Below, in pieces: positions 50,785-61,281 of a stretch of DNA of 64,000 nucleotides. The notes beneath the pieces were generated by a model that was not told the origin of the DNA, made no database searches, and worked only from the letters and a program-made list of their open reading frames with translations. Made by a program: the position numbers and the translations under genes. Origin of the DNA: an uncultured delta proteobacterium. GTDB lineage: Bacteria; Desulfobacterota; Binatia; UBA9968. The first letter of the stretch is position 1. Every line of letters begins with the position of its first letter. Location: contig CAVSHR010000004.1 of assembly GCA_963727625.1 (NCBI GenBank), positions 192,001 to 256,000 on the forward strand. The letters run 5' to 3'.

Positions 50785-50992
50785 GGTCTGTGACCTCGGT
50801 CCACGTATAGGCCATCAGCCAATTCGCTTCAAGCTAGGCAAGGGCCAATTCGGCTGGGCCGGCACAACATGCGCACGGGCCGGGACACAACTGTACGCTT
50901 TGGTTCGTTATTTATGGCCAACGTCGACAAATTTTGTTCATTATATGCGGCACCGTCGGAATGCTTTTGACGTAAATTAAGCTACTTATGAT

Positions 50993-51007
50993 TGGTACGG
51001 AGCTTGC
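50993..51007 (+). promoter_or_regulatory. Putative sigma54 (-24/-12) promoter
   Basis: TGGTAC-GGAGC-TTGC versus consensus TGGCAC-N5-TTGC, after an AT-rich stretch. Confidence 0.55.
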
Positions 51008-51029
51008 TCGTCTGATTTTACAGACTGTT

Positions 51030-51224
51030 ATGAAATCAGCGACAAGCTACGGAGAGCACGATCAGAACTGGCATTGGCCGGAGAAAACCTGGTTCCGGGA
51101 GCGCCTTAATGCGGTGAAAGCCCTGGAGCACGAGCAACGCAGAAAAGTCATGGTCAGCGGGAAAAAACCCGAACAAGATCGACCCTCAACCAGGGCCGAC
51201 AACAGCAAACTTAAGATCGACTGA
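51030..51224 (+). CDS. Small hypothetical protein (64 aa)
   Basis: ATG downstream of the sigma54-like motif; no recognisable domain. Confidence 0.4.
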   Translation: MKSATSYGEHDQNWHWPEKTWFRERLNAVKALEHEQRRKVMVSGKKPEQDRPSTRADNSKLKID

Positions 51225-51888
51225 CGCCTCGACAGCTGTTCAGGTATCCCTCCCGACGCCACTTTAATTTTCTAGCGTTCATCCGACCATGCCAATCCTA
51301 CCGATCGGTTCAGCGAAGGGTTTCCCCTCCTTGGGCAGTGAAACATCGAAAACATGTATGATCCCGTGCCGACTATCGCATAAATCCGCAAGCGCCGATC
51401 AAATCGATCAAGCTTGACTCCCGCGGCAAACGAATCCTCCAGCTTGAGCGCTGTCTCGGCAAGCTCGCCATTTCTCAGCCAGACGGCATAGGGCTTCGCA
51501 CCTGATCACGCACGCCTCTGATAGCATCAAAGATTTTTTTCAACTTTGTTGAACGCGCGCTTTCCTTTAGCGGCGGTTGTCTACTCATGTTCAAGGCTCT
51601 TGCGTGTTTGTTGTTAGTCATCGGATCTCAAGAGCCCGCATCGGTTCAAGGTAAATTCTTAGCTGACGGTGTTGATCCGTCGGAACAGAAAAAGGTAAAA
51701 AGGACAACCGCGATGCTCATCCTGAAAGCGCGTACAGAAGCGGGTTCCGACTCTACGGCTTGTAAATTTTCCGGCGCGGTTGTAAGCGAAGCTAGTTGCC
51801 CGTTGAAAAAAGGGCAGCAAGGGTCGCCGGAGCGCGGCGCATTTCAAAGAATGAAATAGTTCGAAAACATCGTGAGGGAGGAAAATCG

Positions 51889-53628
51889 ATGGCACAAACA
51901 ACGGTAAATCTCGACGGCAACTGGGATCTGGAAGCCGACGTGGTGGTGATCGGTTCGGGCGCGGCGGGGCTGCCGGCGGCGATCAAAGCGGCGAACGCCG
52001 GCGCTGCGGTGATCGTCGTCGAAGCCAATTACGACGTGGGCGGGCATGCGATCATCAGCGGCGGCAATGTGCCGCTCGGGGGCGGAACCAGCGCGCAGAA
52101 AAAATACGGCATTAAAGATTCGCCGGACACCGTTTTCTCGGATCTCACCGATTGGACCATCGTGCAACCCAACGGCTGGCCGGATTACCGTTATAACGAT
52201 CGCGAAATTATGCGCTCGTTTGCCGACCATTGCGCGGCGACCTATGAATTTCTCGTGGAAAACGGCGTGGAGTTCAAAGACATACCGCCCGACAATCAAG
52301 GCGGGCATAACCTCGGCAATTCCGCGCCACGGGAGAATCATGCCTTTTGGACCAAGGGGGCGGGCTATGAAAGTCCCAACAACCGCGCCGGAACCGGCGT
52401 CATCAGGCCGCTGGAAAACAGCGCGCGGGCCAAAGGCGTCAAGTTCTTGCTGAACTACAAGATGACCAGTTTCATCCGCGAAGGAAAGAACGCGGGGCGC
52501 GTAACCGGCATCACCGCTCAATACACGCCGCGCATCATGCCGGGGCAGTCGACACCGCTCAAGAGTTTCCGCTCCGACGGTAACATCGAGAGTACCCAGC
52601 CGGCGATGCGCATCCGCGCCAAGAAAGCGGTCGTCGTCGCTACCGGCGGCATGACCAGCAACGTAAACTTCCGGCGCATGTTCGACCCGAGATCAACCGC
52701 CGTGCTCACGGTCGCTGGCGAACCCTATAGCTACCAGGATGCCAGCGGCGAGCTCGCCGCCTTGGCGATCGGCGCCTCGCTTTGGGGACTGGTAAACCAA
52801 ACTTTGGAAAACGGCGACAACATTCGCACCCAGCGAGTGTTGGCGACGAAATGGAATTACATGACTTGGGAACTCGAGAGTCCGATTTTCCCGCTGGTGC
52901 GTTCCACCGGTTTGGGTGCGAAGGACTGGCACGATCTGATTTTGGTCAATCAAGTCGGCAAGCGTTTCTACGACGAGACCAAAGGCGATTACCCCCATGG
53001 CAACGTATACAACGACATTAATCCTTACACGCCCAACGATTACCGCAACAACGAAAACATCCATTACCATCCCAGCAAATATAATTTCTTCAACGCCGCG
53101 GTGGCGATGAACGAGTATTCACAGCCGCCGGATTATTCCGCCGGGCCGATATGGGCAATCTTCGATTCAGAAGCAGTCAAAAGAAACAAATGGAATGTTA
53201 CTCCCCCTTATGTCGATCCAGACGGATACTTCTTTAGCGGCAACACGCTCGACGAGTTAGCCGCGGCGATCAAGAACGAATATCAGGCGAAGCCGATGAA
53301 GGGGGAGACGCTCCATGCCACCGTAGAGCGTTATAACTCGTTCGTCGACGCTGGCAAAGACACTGACTTTGGTAAGCCGGCGCCGAAGTACAAGATTCAG
53401 GCAGCGCCATTCTACGCCGCATGGGCAACACCCAACGTGCACGACACTCGGTCCGGGCTGCGCATCAACGCTAAGTGCCAGGTTATGGATATGAACGGGC
53501 AGGTCATTCCCGGCCTCTATTGTGCTGGAGAAAGCGCCGGCGGTTTCAACCAGCATGGCCTGGGCCGGTGCACGACGCAGGGATTTATCGCCGGGACCAA
53601 CGCTGCTGAGGAGCCCAGCCGAAATTAA
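51889..53628 (+). CDS. FAD-dependent oxidoreductase (flavocytochrome c / TcuA / fumarate reductase flavoprotein family)
   Basis: WDLEADVVVIGSGAAG, GGHAIISGG, VVVATGG, ILVNQVGKRF, PFYA, GLRIN, IPGLYCAGE; GGAGG RBS. Confidence 0.88.
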   Translation: MAQTTVNLDGNWDLEADVVVIGSGAAGLPAAIKAANAGAAVIVVEANYDVGGHAIISGGNVPLGGGTSAQKKYGIKDSPDTVFSDLTDWTIVQPNGWPDYRYNDREIMRSFADHCAATYEFLVENGVEFKDIPPDNQGGHNLGNSAPRENHAFWTKGAGYESPNNRAGTGVIRPLENSARAKGVKFLLNYKMTSFIREGKNAGRVTGITAQYTPRIMPGQSTPLKSFRSDGNIESTQPAMRIRAKKAVVVATGGMTSNVNFRRMFDPRSTAVLTVAGEPYSYQDASGELAALAIGASLWGLVNQTLENGDNIRTQRVLATKWNYMTWELESPIFPLVRSTGLGAKDWHDLILVNQVGKRFYDETKGDYPHGNVYNDINPYTPNDYRNNENIHYHPSKYNFFNAAVAMNEYSQPPDYSAGPIWAIFDSEAVKRNKWNVTPPYVDPDGYFFSGNTLDELAAAIKNEYQAKPMKGETLHATVERYNSFVDAGKDTDFGKPAPKYKIQAAPFYAAWATPNVHDTRSGLRINAKCQVMDMNGQVIPGLYCAGESAGGFNQHGLGRCTTQGFIAGTNAAEEPSRN

Positions 53629-53956
53629 ATCAGTTTCCGCAACACATCGCCTGACCGGAGGCTCGACGGAAGGATCCCCGGTCGGTAAAACGCCAGCGCG
53701 TTCAGACGAGATCTCGGGCTTACAAGTCGAACACGCATCGATTTTTGAAGAGAAGCTTGGCACCCAAATCTCGCGCGTCGATAATTATTTCTAACCGCCA
53801 CTCGGCAGCTGAGCGCTAACCGTCGTCAAGGCCATCGTTGTTATCACTGGTATCCTCGGGCCGAAGGGGAATTTGGAATGAGGGTGGCAAGCGTTAGCTT
53901 AGAGCGACGGCGGATGACGCGAACGACCTGGTTCAACGAGGGGATATCAAAAATAA

Positions 53957-54442
53957 ATGACGACGATGATTTCCGAGCCCAGCTACGCCAATCAATATCT
54001 CGCCGGGCATGTCGAGCGCCTGCTCGTCAGTTTGCGCCGCTGGACCGGTAGAAATCTCGTCGAGCCCGGCCTGACGCCGAAGGAACAAGCGCGCCGGATA
54101 TTTTATGCGCCGTATGTGGTGCTTTCGCATAACACGAAAAACGACCCTATTTTAAATTATACCAATCGGGCAGGCTTAGAGCTTTTCGAGCTTAGCTGGC
54201 AGGATTTGATTGTCACGCCATCGCGCCAAACCACCGAACCGGTCCATCGCGCCGAGCGCAACCGTTTGCTCTCGGACGTAGCAAATCACGGATATATCGA
54301 CGACTACCGCGGCGTACGTATTTCCAAGAACGGGCGGCGTTTTCAAATTGAACGGGCTACCGTATGGAATCTGTTAGATGAACAAGGCGCGCCCTATGGT
54401 CAAGCCGCGACCTTTAGCGCTTGGCAATTCCTCGATGCCTAG
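53957..54442 (+). CDS. Stand-alone MEKHLA (PAS-like) domain protein
   Basis: APYVVLSH, DPILNY.N, PSRQTTE, ER.RLL, GYIDDYRGVRI, GRRF.I..A.VWNL, GQAATF. Confidence 0.85.
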   Translation: MTTMISEPSYANQYLAGHVERLLVSLRRWTGRNLVEPGLTPKEQARRIFYAPYVVLSHNTKNDPILNYTNRAGLELFELSWQDLIVTPSRQTTEPVHRAERNRLLSDVANHGYIDDYRGVRISKNGRRFQIERATVWNLLDEQGAPYGQAATFSAWQFLDA

Positions 54443-54720
54443 CAAGCGAGAACGTTTAGCGACGGCGACCATTCCGCTAGAGACGACTCTTAAGACCGGC
54501 GATGATCTGCCGCGAGAGGTAGAAAAATAACCTGCTCGCTGAGAATTGTTGCCGCCGGAAATCAGCGCGGCGACGACGCACGACTCCGAAGAGTAAAATT
54601 CGCGGCGCCGCGGCTTGAATGAAACTTCCCGCCCGCTTACAATTTGACGGCGCATGACAGCTTAAACCAAGGAAAAGATCGAGCTGTCTAAAGAATTCGA
54701 AAGGGAAATAAGGAATTGGC

Positions 54721-55239
54721 ATGCCGCATGCGAAATCATTGAGAGCGATCGGGCAATCATTGGAATCGATCGGCGTGGTCGGTTTTGTAATGGACAAAGA
54801 CGGCAGGAATTATGTCGTGCGCAGCGAATCGCTTCCCGATTTCGCAGAGTTAGACGCCAAGAAAGATGTCTCAGAGAAGGTTTGGAATTCGCCCGGCGGC
54901 TCAGGGCGCCGGCGCAGGCAGATGATTGGCGACGACGGTTCTTGGCATTACGATCCTGCCTACATTTCCTGGCTTGACGCCCAAGGTCGCAGGAAACGGC
55001 GCCGGCGTTATTCCGCGCAGACAACTGGAACCGGGAAAGTTTCTCAATTGTTGCGTACTCTCGGCAGATATCTCGACCGCCTCGAGCCGCATTCCTTCAG
55101 TATCTCATGGACCAAGGATGCCGTTATCATAGACTACCAGTTAGGTGACGGACAAAAGATTCGTGAAATCCTGTTGATGGATAAGTTGCGCGAGTTGACG
55201 GTGCGTTCACGCTTCCGCCGGGCGCGGCGGCGCGTATGA
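54721..55239 (+). CDS. Hypothetical protein with an internal repeat
   Basis: LRAIGQSLE.. and LRTLGRYLD.. segments; AAGGA RBS. Confidence 0.65.
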   Translation: MPHAKSLRAIGQSLESIGVVGFVMDKDGRNYVVRSESLPDFAELDAKKDVSEKVWNSPGGSGRRRRQMIGDDGSWHYDPAYISWLDAQGRRKRRRRYSAQTTGTGKVSQLLRTLGRYLDRLEPHSFSISWTKDAVIIDYQLGDGQKIREILLMDKLRELTVRSRFRRARRRV

Positions 55240-55480
55240 TCCATTGAGTTGAATCCTGAGAGCGAATTGATTCAATCAGACTTGCTCGTTTGTCTCGACG
55301 ACGCTGCGAATCCGTCACTGCCTTACCCCCTCCGTGATCTGATGTTTAAAAGGTTTTTTTCTGATCGAGACCAGCGTTTTCCAATTCATCCGTGTGAACG
55401 GTCCGGCAAACGGTTTGGGATGGATTTTCCCGCTCCTCTTCTTATATACTTGCGGATTTGCCGGTGTTAACCTTAAATCA

Positions 55481-56032
55481 ATGGTAGCTTCATCGGACAG
55501 GTTTGCTCGACCAAGCCTCGCCTGGCTCGTGAGTCTTGTGCCGTTACTGCTCCTGGTGTCCTGTGTCCATCCTTTAACGATGCATTCGAAAGACGGTGAT
55601 CGCCTCGACGGACGCTGGCGTTTCGCCCGCGAGGGTAGCGGTTTGATGCAAGTCTTCGGTCCCGACCGCGAGGTTTTAGTCGGGGCATTTACGCCGGTGA
55701 CGCGGCGCGAGTTTTTTGCAAACTACCAAAAAACTTTCGGCGCCGGCTCCATCGACGCTGACGGCCCGGAGTTGTCTATTTACGGCAATGGGTTTTGGGG
55801 TAACCTGGGAAGTTCCAATGCTCTAGTTGACGTGGTTTATGGAGAAAACTTTAACAGCGCCGCCGGAAAGTCACCGCAAGTCGTGAGCGGGCCGCTTTTT
55901 TATTGGACGGCGAACCTGCAAGGCGACAAGCGTACCGTCATGCAATGCTTCTTGATCGGTTCTTCGTACACCGGCCATGGTCTGGGCCGGTGCAAAGGAA
56001 TCGGATCAAAAGAGTACACGGTTGAATTTTAG
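55481..56032 (+). CDS. Hypothetical lipoprotein
   Basis: Hydrophobic leader ending in an LLVSC lipobox; start uncertain (ORF open from 55394). Confidence 0.6.
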   Translation: MVASSDRFARPSLAWLVSLVPLLLLVSCVHPLTMHSKDGDRLDGRWRFAREGSGLMQVFGPDREVLVGAFTPVTRREFFANYQKTFGAGSIDADGPELSIYGNGFWGNLGSSNALVDVVYGENFNSAAGKSPQVVSGPLFYWTANLQGDKRTVMQCFLIGSSYTGHGLGRCKGIGSKEYTVEF

Positions 56033-56098
56033 AGCGCTCGCTTATCGTCAAACTTCGCTTCAACGCCAATCTTTCTCATAAGGTGAGTTTTCGGTTTT

Positions 56099-57082
56099 AT
56101 GAGAACAACTCTTAAGTTCGGTCTTCTGCTGCCGCATTTCGGCCCGCTAGCGTCGATTGAAAAGTGTCTCGAAGGCGCGCATCGCGCCGAAGCCTATGGG
56201 TTCAATTCGGTCTGGGCGCGCGATCATCTGATTTTCCGGCCCCACGATCTCGAGGGCAACAACAATACCCATATCGAGAGTTTGATTCTCTTGTCCGCGG
56301 TCGCGTCGACGACTAAACGCGTAACGTTAGGCACTGCCATGACGATTTGTCACCGCCACCCGATTCACCTGGCGCAATCGTTTTCGAGCTTGAGCGTGCT
56401 ATCGAATGGGCGAGTGATTCTCGGCATGGGGCTGGGCGGTTTTGCTCATGAATTTGCCGCGGTGGGCCGGCCAACGGAGATAAAAGAACGGGCCGAGCTC
56501 GCCAAGGTCAATGTAGAAATCTGCCGTGGTCTCTGGAGCGGAGAAAAATTGTCACATAGCGGCGGCGGTTTTTATTTTGACAGCGTCGCGCTCAAACCTA
56601 CGCCAGTTAAACCGATCCCGATTTGGGTTGGCGGCGGCACCACCGCGGCATGCCGGCGCGCGGTGGCGTACGGTGACGGCTGGATGCCCGCCCGCGTAAC
56701 CCTGGCGACCTTCTCGGAGCGAATCGCGTTCTTGCGGCAGCTGTGTTGCGAGGCGGCCAGGCCGATGGTTGAGACCGCGGTGATGCCGCTGACGACGATC
56801 GGCAAAGATCGGCAGCACGCGCTTCGCGGCGTCGATCTAGAAACCATCATGAATGAGTCCCAGCGCTTCACCCAATGGGTAAGGCCGGATGGCGGAGCGG
56901 ATAAGGACAGCAGCCGTGGTATCGTACTCGCCGGCTCTCCCGCCGATATCGTCGATGAAAGCCGCGCTTACGAAGCCGCCGGCGCAAATCATATCGTATT
57001 CGATTTACGCCTGCGCTATGCCGATTGGTACGAACAGATTGATCTTCTGGGAAAAGAAGTGCTGCCCGCGCTCAGAGCCTGA
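56099..57082 (+). CDS. Luciferase-like (LLM) flavin-dependent oxidoreductase
   Basis: AEAYGFNSVWARDH, RHPIHLA, GRVILGMG.G, PIPIWVGG, GDGWMP. Confidence 0.9.
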   Translation: MRTTLKFGLLLPHFGPLASIEKCLEGAHRAEAYGFNSVWARDHLIFRPHDLEGNNNTHIESLILLSAVASTTKRVTLGTAMTICHRHPIHLAQSFSSLSVLSNGRVILGMGLGGFAHEFAAVGRPTEIKERAELAKVNVEICRGLWSGEKLSHSGGGFYFDSVALKPTPVKPIPIWVGGGTTAACRRAVAYGDGWMPARVTLATFSERIAFLRQLCCEAARPMVETAVMPLTTIGKDRQHALRGVDLETIMNESQRFTQWVRPDGGADKDSSRGIVLAGSPADIVDESRAYEAAGANHIVFDLRLRYADWYEQIDLLGKEVLPALRA

Positions 57083-57092
57083 TCAAATGGTT

Positions 57093-57677
57093 TCAGATAA
57101 TCCGACGCCAATCTCGCAACGTCAGCGGTAAATTTGCGGGCTTTGACCGTCGACTTGCGGGCTGTAAGTGTTCTTGGGAGCGCTTAAGTTTCGATCTGAT
57201 TTTACCCCAGGAACAATGACTCTCCGTGCGCAACTGAACCAAAGCGGCGTAACTTTTCAACAGCGAAGGTTCACTGAGGTTCGCTCCCAGACTCGCTAGG
57301 TTTGTCTTAAAATCCTCGAAGGTAAGAGTCTTTCCCGAATTTCTTGATAAAGCCGGCCGAAGTTGCCGCGTCTGGCTAGCGCTGCCCTTTAACAGAGTCC
57401 GGCTAGCTTCCCGAATCGGTGTTTGCGGCTCCGTTGAGGCGTCCCATTGCCGGCGATTCCCTCTTTTATGGTCGTCGATCCAGGTTTTGGCGGCCCGTAA
57501 GGCGCATTCAACGGCTTCGCTTTCGCTCGTTACCCGCATGGAAAATCTGACGAATGCGGACTCGCGCACCGCTCCGACCACCCAGCTAATGCTGGCCTGA
57601 GGCGCCCATAAATGGGTAGCGGTATCAAAACTCGGAAAAGCCATGATCACGTGGCCGCGGTAGGATCGGCACCACAT
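57093..57677 (-). CDS. Hypothetical protein
   Basis: GAGGAG RBS before ATG 57677; compact N-terminal YRGH...W...AKTWID domain and a basic C-terminal region. Confidence 0.65.
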   Translation of the reverse strand: MWCRSYRGHVIMAFPSFDTATHLWAPQASISWVVGAVRESAFVRFSMRVTSESEAVECALRAAKTWIDDHKRGNRRQWDASTEPQTPIREASRTLLKGSASQTRQLRPALSRNSGKTLTFEDFKTNLASLGANLSEPSLLKSYAALVQLRTESHCSWGKIRSKLKRSQEHLQPASRRSKPANLPLTLRDWRRII

Positions 57678-58257
57678 AATTAACTCCTCTTTCGGTGAGC
57701 GAGTTGAGGTGCGAAGAGCTAATTCGTCACTGCTTAAAATGTTGGACCAAAAGCCGGGAAAGAACGCCCACCTGACAGATATTGTGATCACTTCATCAGG
57801 GAAAGGCAAGTACTGCTTTTAATAAATTTAAGCCGAATTATTTAAAAGCCTTAAGCCTTTAAAAAATCAAGGTGCTTGAAGTGCGGCAGGTTGGCGCAGC
57901 GGGAAAAACATCAGGAACGGCAGAATGAATTCGACGGCAAAATCATAACCGACATTTTTCAGTTGCCGCTCGGACCGCGCATGCTCGCTTGACCAAGGGT
58001 GTGACCATAAGGGCTAAGCGCGACGATCAAGAGGACCGCGTGAATCTGATCGTAGCTGCAATGCTGACGAGTCTTCAGACGCGAACCCCGTTAGGCAAGA
58101 CTTGGTTAATAGAGCATCAACAGAGCATCTCGCAGGAACGGAGTAAACTGGACGACGGCGTCCCGCCGCTCAAGCTCCATCGCAGCTTGATAGATTCTTA
58201 TTTCTGACGTTCGCTTGTGCACATAGGCACATCAAATCTTGTCGAATGATCCGCTAC

Positions 58258-58391
58258 AAAAAAAACCCCGGGTGTGAAACCTGTGAGCTCATCCGGCCAT
58301 GCCCGGAAACAGGTTCTAGCGCCGCAAAACTCCGCCGAGCTTGTAGGCACTCCAAAGTCAAGTATGATAATCGATAGTTTAGCGGGGGCTC
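58258..58391 (-). ncRNA. Candidate small structured RNA
   Basis: TTGACC-N17-CACAGT upstream; 5' GAGCCCC can pair with 3' GGGGTTT; internal AACCTGT/ACAGGTT and TCCGG/CCGGA stems; T8 tail. Confidence 0.35.
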
Positions 58392-58492
58392 ACGTGGACT
58401 GTGAAATCCTGATTTGTTAGGGTCAATCGACCATCCTTCAGCTGTTTCTTGGTTGCGCATTTTGGAACACTCTTCGACCATCTAAATCACAT

Positions 58493-60397
58493 ATGCCGAT
58501 TCTTCGCCTCGACAAAGTTTCGCTCGGCTACGGTCATCTGCCGCTGCTTGCCAGGGTCGATTTTCAGATTGATGCCGGCGAGCGGGTTTGCTTGATCGGC
58601 CGCAACGGCGCCGGCAAAACCACCTTGTTGCGGGTGATCACCGGCGCGGCCGTGCTGGATGACGGGGAGATCTGGCGTATGGAGGCGCTCCGCGTCGCGC
58701 ACCTCGAACAGGAGGTGCCGCCGGACACGCAGCAGACCATCTTCGAGGTGGTCGGCGGCGGTTTGGGTGAACTGGGCCGGCAGCTGAGCGAATATCATCA
58801 CCTCACGACTAAGGAGCTTGATAGCAGATCCATGCAGCGGATAGCGCGCTTGCAGGCGCAAATCGAAGCGCGTGGCGGTTGGAACGTCAATCAAAAGGTC
58901 GAAACCGTGCTCACGCGCCTGGGTTTGCCGCAAGATAAACGTTTGGCCGATTGTTCCGGAGGCATCCGGCGGCAAGTCATGCTCGCCCGCGCCCTGGTCA
59001 ACGAACCGGATCTGTTGTTGCTCGACGAACCGACCAACCATCTCGATATCAACGCCATCGCCTGGCTAGAAAACTTTTTGCTCGAGTACCGCGGTGCGTT
59101 GATTTTTATCACTCACGATCGCACCTTCGTGCGCCGCTTGGCGACGCGCATCGTCGAACTCGATCGCGGCAAGCTTACCTCCTTCCCCGGTGATTTTGAT
59201 GCTTATCTGCGCAAGAAGGAGGAACTGCTGGAGATCGAAGAACGGGCCTCGGACAGGTTCGATAAAAAACTGGCCGAGGAAGAGGCCTGGATTCGCAAGG
59301 GTATCAAGGCTCGACGTACGCGCAACGAAGGGCGAGTGCGGACGCTGCAAGCTTTGCGCCGTGAAAAGGCTGAACGGTTGGAAGCCCAGGGCAAAGCGCG
59401 TTTTGGCATCGACGCCGGAAGCCTTTCGGGCAAGCTGGTGGTCGACGCGCGGCGGGTCAGCTTTCGTTACGGCGTAAATTGGATCGTTCGCGACTTTTCC
59501 ACCCGGATACTGCGCGGCGACCGCGTCGGCCTACTCGGTCCCAACGGCTGCGGCAAAAGCACCATCCTAAAATTGATCCTGGGAGAATTGGCGCCGACGA
59601 ACGGCGAGGTTGTCCTCGGCACGCGCCTGCAGTTGGCCTACTTTGACCAGCACCGGCGCATTCTCGATCCAGAAAAAACCGTGCGCGAGAACATGAGTGA
59701 TTCGGACTTCGTTACGGTCAAGGGCCGCTCGCGTCATGTGATCGGCTATTTGAAAGATTTCCTGTTTCCACCTCAGCGCATCGATTCGCCGGTACGGGCG
59801 CTCTCCGGCGGCGAGCGTAATCGCTTGTTGCTGGCAAAGATCTTTACCCAGTCGGCGAACATGATGGTCTTGGACGAACCGACCAATGATCTCGACGTCG
59901 AAACACTCGAACTCCTTGAAGAGCTGCTGGCCGATTACGAGGGCACGTTGCTTTTGGTCAGCCATGACCGGACTTTTCTCGATAACGTGGTGACCAGCAC
60001 TTTGGTTTTCGAAGGCGAGGGCAAATTCGGCGAATACGCCGGCGGTTACGGAGACTGGGAACGCTATCAACGGCGAATTCCGGAAACGCCGGCACCCAGT
60101 CCGCGACCGAAGATCGACACAGCGGAACTTCGCAGTGAAGAAAAACGCGTCGACAAGCCGCGCAAGCTAACCTACAAAGAGCAACGCGAGCTTGAAGAAC
60201 TGCCGGCCAAGATCGAGGCGCTCGAAGCAGAGCAGGTCGAGCTTCACCAACGCATGGGCGAGGCTGATTTTTATAGACAATCGAGCGACAAGATCACCGC
60301 GACGATGGATCGTCTGGAAGCGATCAAGCAGGAGCTCGAAGCTTGCTACCGCCGTTGGCAAACATTGGAATCGCTCGGCGCAGGAACCGGTGTTTAG
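58493..60397 (+). CDS. uup: ABC-F family ATPase Uup
   Basis: Two ABC cassettes (GRNGAGKT, GPNGCGKS; LDEPTN twice), linker WIRKGIKARRTRNEGRVR, C-terminal coiled coil KLTYKEQREL. Confidence 0.93.
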   Translation: MPILRLDKVSLGYGHLPLLARVDFQIDAGERVCLIGRNGAGKTTLLRVITGAAVLDDGEIWRMEALRVAHLEQEVPPDTQQTIFEVVGGGLGELGRQLSEYHHLTTKELDSRSMQRIARLQAQIEARGGWNVNQKVETVLTRLGLPQDKRLADCSGGIRRQVMLARALVNEPDLLLLDEPTNHLDINAIAWLENFLLEYRGALIFITHDRTFVRRLATRIVELDRGKLTSFPGDFDAYLRKKEELLEIEERASDRFDKKLAEEEAWIRKGIKARRTRNEGRVRTLQALRREKAERLEAQGKARFGIDAGSLSGKLVVDARRVSFRYGVNWIVRDFSTRILRGDRVGLLGPNGCGKSTILKLILGELAPTNGEVVLGTRLQLAYFDQHRRILDPEKTVRENMSDSDFVTVKGRSRHVIGYLKDFLFPPQRIDSPVRALSGGERNRLLLAKIFTQSANMMVLDEPTNDLDVETLELLEELLADYEGTLLLVSHDRTFLDNVVTSTLVFEGEGKFGEYAGGYGDWERYQRRIPETPAPSPRPKIDTAELRSEEKRVDKPRKLTYKEQRELEELPAKIEALEAEQVELHQRMGEADFYRQSSDKITATMDRLEAIKQELEACYRRWQTLESLGAGTGV

Positions 60398-60427
60398 TCT
60401 TTCGTATAGCTTCGCTTCGCGCCGATA

Positions 60428-61153
60428 TTACTTCACCGCAGGCCAGTCCGCCAATAATCTGCCGTAGCCATGCACGGAAAATTTTAAACCCAGCTTCGAC
60501 AAAAGATTCCAAAGCATGGCGGTATTGCTGGTGATCACCGGCACGGCAAATTCGCCTTCCAAGCGCTGGATCACCGGCAGGGGATCCAGGGTCGCGCCCT
60601 GAAAATAGATTGCCTCGGCGCGCGATTGTGTCTTGAAGCTTCTGACAACGAGATTGAAAAGCTCATCGGGGCTCATATTGACCGCCGTTCCGGCTTTGCG
60701 GTTTTCAAAGGCCGGACCTAGATCAACAACAAAACCGCGTTGGTTGAGGTGGGCTTTGATCGCTTCGTCGGCGGCGGCGTCGAAGGGTGTCATGAGCAGA
60801 ATCGTCCTTGCGTTGTACGCCGTCAGCGCGGTGACTGCGGATGCCACCGCGCTGACTACCGGCAGACCGATCGCATCGGCGACCTTGGCTTCTAACTCCG
60901 GGTTAAACAGGGTTACGAAGCCGCCGGTCAGCATCAAGCCGCGAACTGCATGGCGGCTGACAAAATCCTTGGCCAACTCGACAATTTGATCGCTCTTGCC
61001 GGCTAAATCTTGATAGGATTCGCCGAGCAAACCGAGTCCCTCGTGGGCGACGGAAACGCCCCCAGGCAATATGCCATCGAGCGATTTAAAATGCGGCCGG
61101 TTAGGGGTTGCCGGCGATAAGATTCCGATGTGAACTGGAATAGGCGCAGTCAT
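60428..61153 (-). CDS. Maleate isomerase / arylmalonate decarboxylase (Asp/Glu racemase fold) homologue lacking cysteines
   Basis: IGILSP, PVVSA..A.TAL, MTPF, VIQRLE..FAVPVITSN.A.LW, GYGRLL. Confidence 0.8.
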   Translation of the reverse strand: MTAPIPVHIGILSPATPNRPHFKSLDGILPGGVSVAHEGLGLLGESYQDLAGKSDQIVELAKDFVSRHAVRGLMLTGGFVTLFNPELEAKVADAIGLPVVSAVASAVTALTAYNARTILLMTPFDAAADEAIKAHLNQRGFVVDLGPAFENRKAGTAVNMSPDELFNLVVRSFKTQSRAEAIYFQGATLDPLPVIQRLEGEFAVPVITSNTAMLWNLLSKLGLKFSVHGYGRLLADWPAVK

Positions 61154-61281
61154 GAAAGCTCCTTTGGCGATGAATACGCGTATACCATGGCGCGGAATTT
61201 ATCACGAGCCGAAGGGCGCCCCAATTTGAACAAAACCTGGGAATCTCGCATAGTCGATTAAAAGATTTTTATGGAGGCCTC

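Noticed and set aside
51240-51860. Short ORFs or a riboswitch in the gap before the FAD oxidoreductase
   Set aside because: No recognisable motif, RBS or aptamer consensus
53957-54442. Plant-associated MEKHLA domain in a bacterium
   Set aside because: Stand-alone bacterial MEKHLA proteins are already known
54717-54731. Sigma54-like TGGCAT-N5-ATGC
   Set aside because: Two mismatches and it overlaps the start codon of the downstream gene
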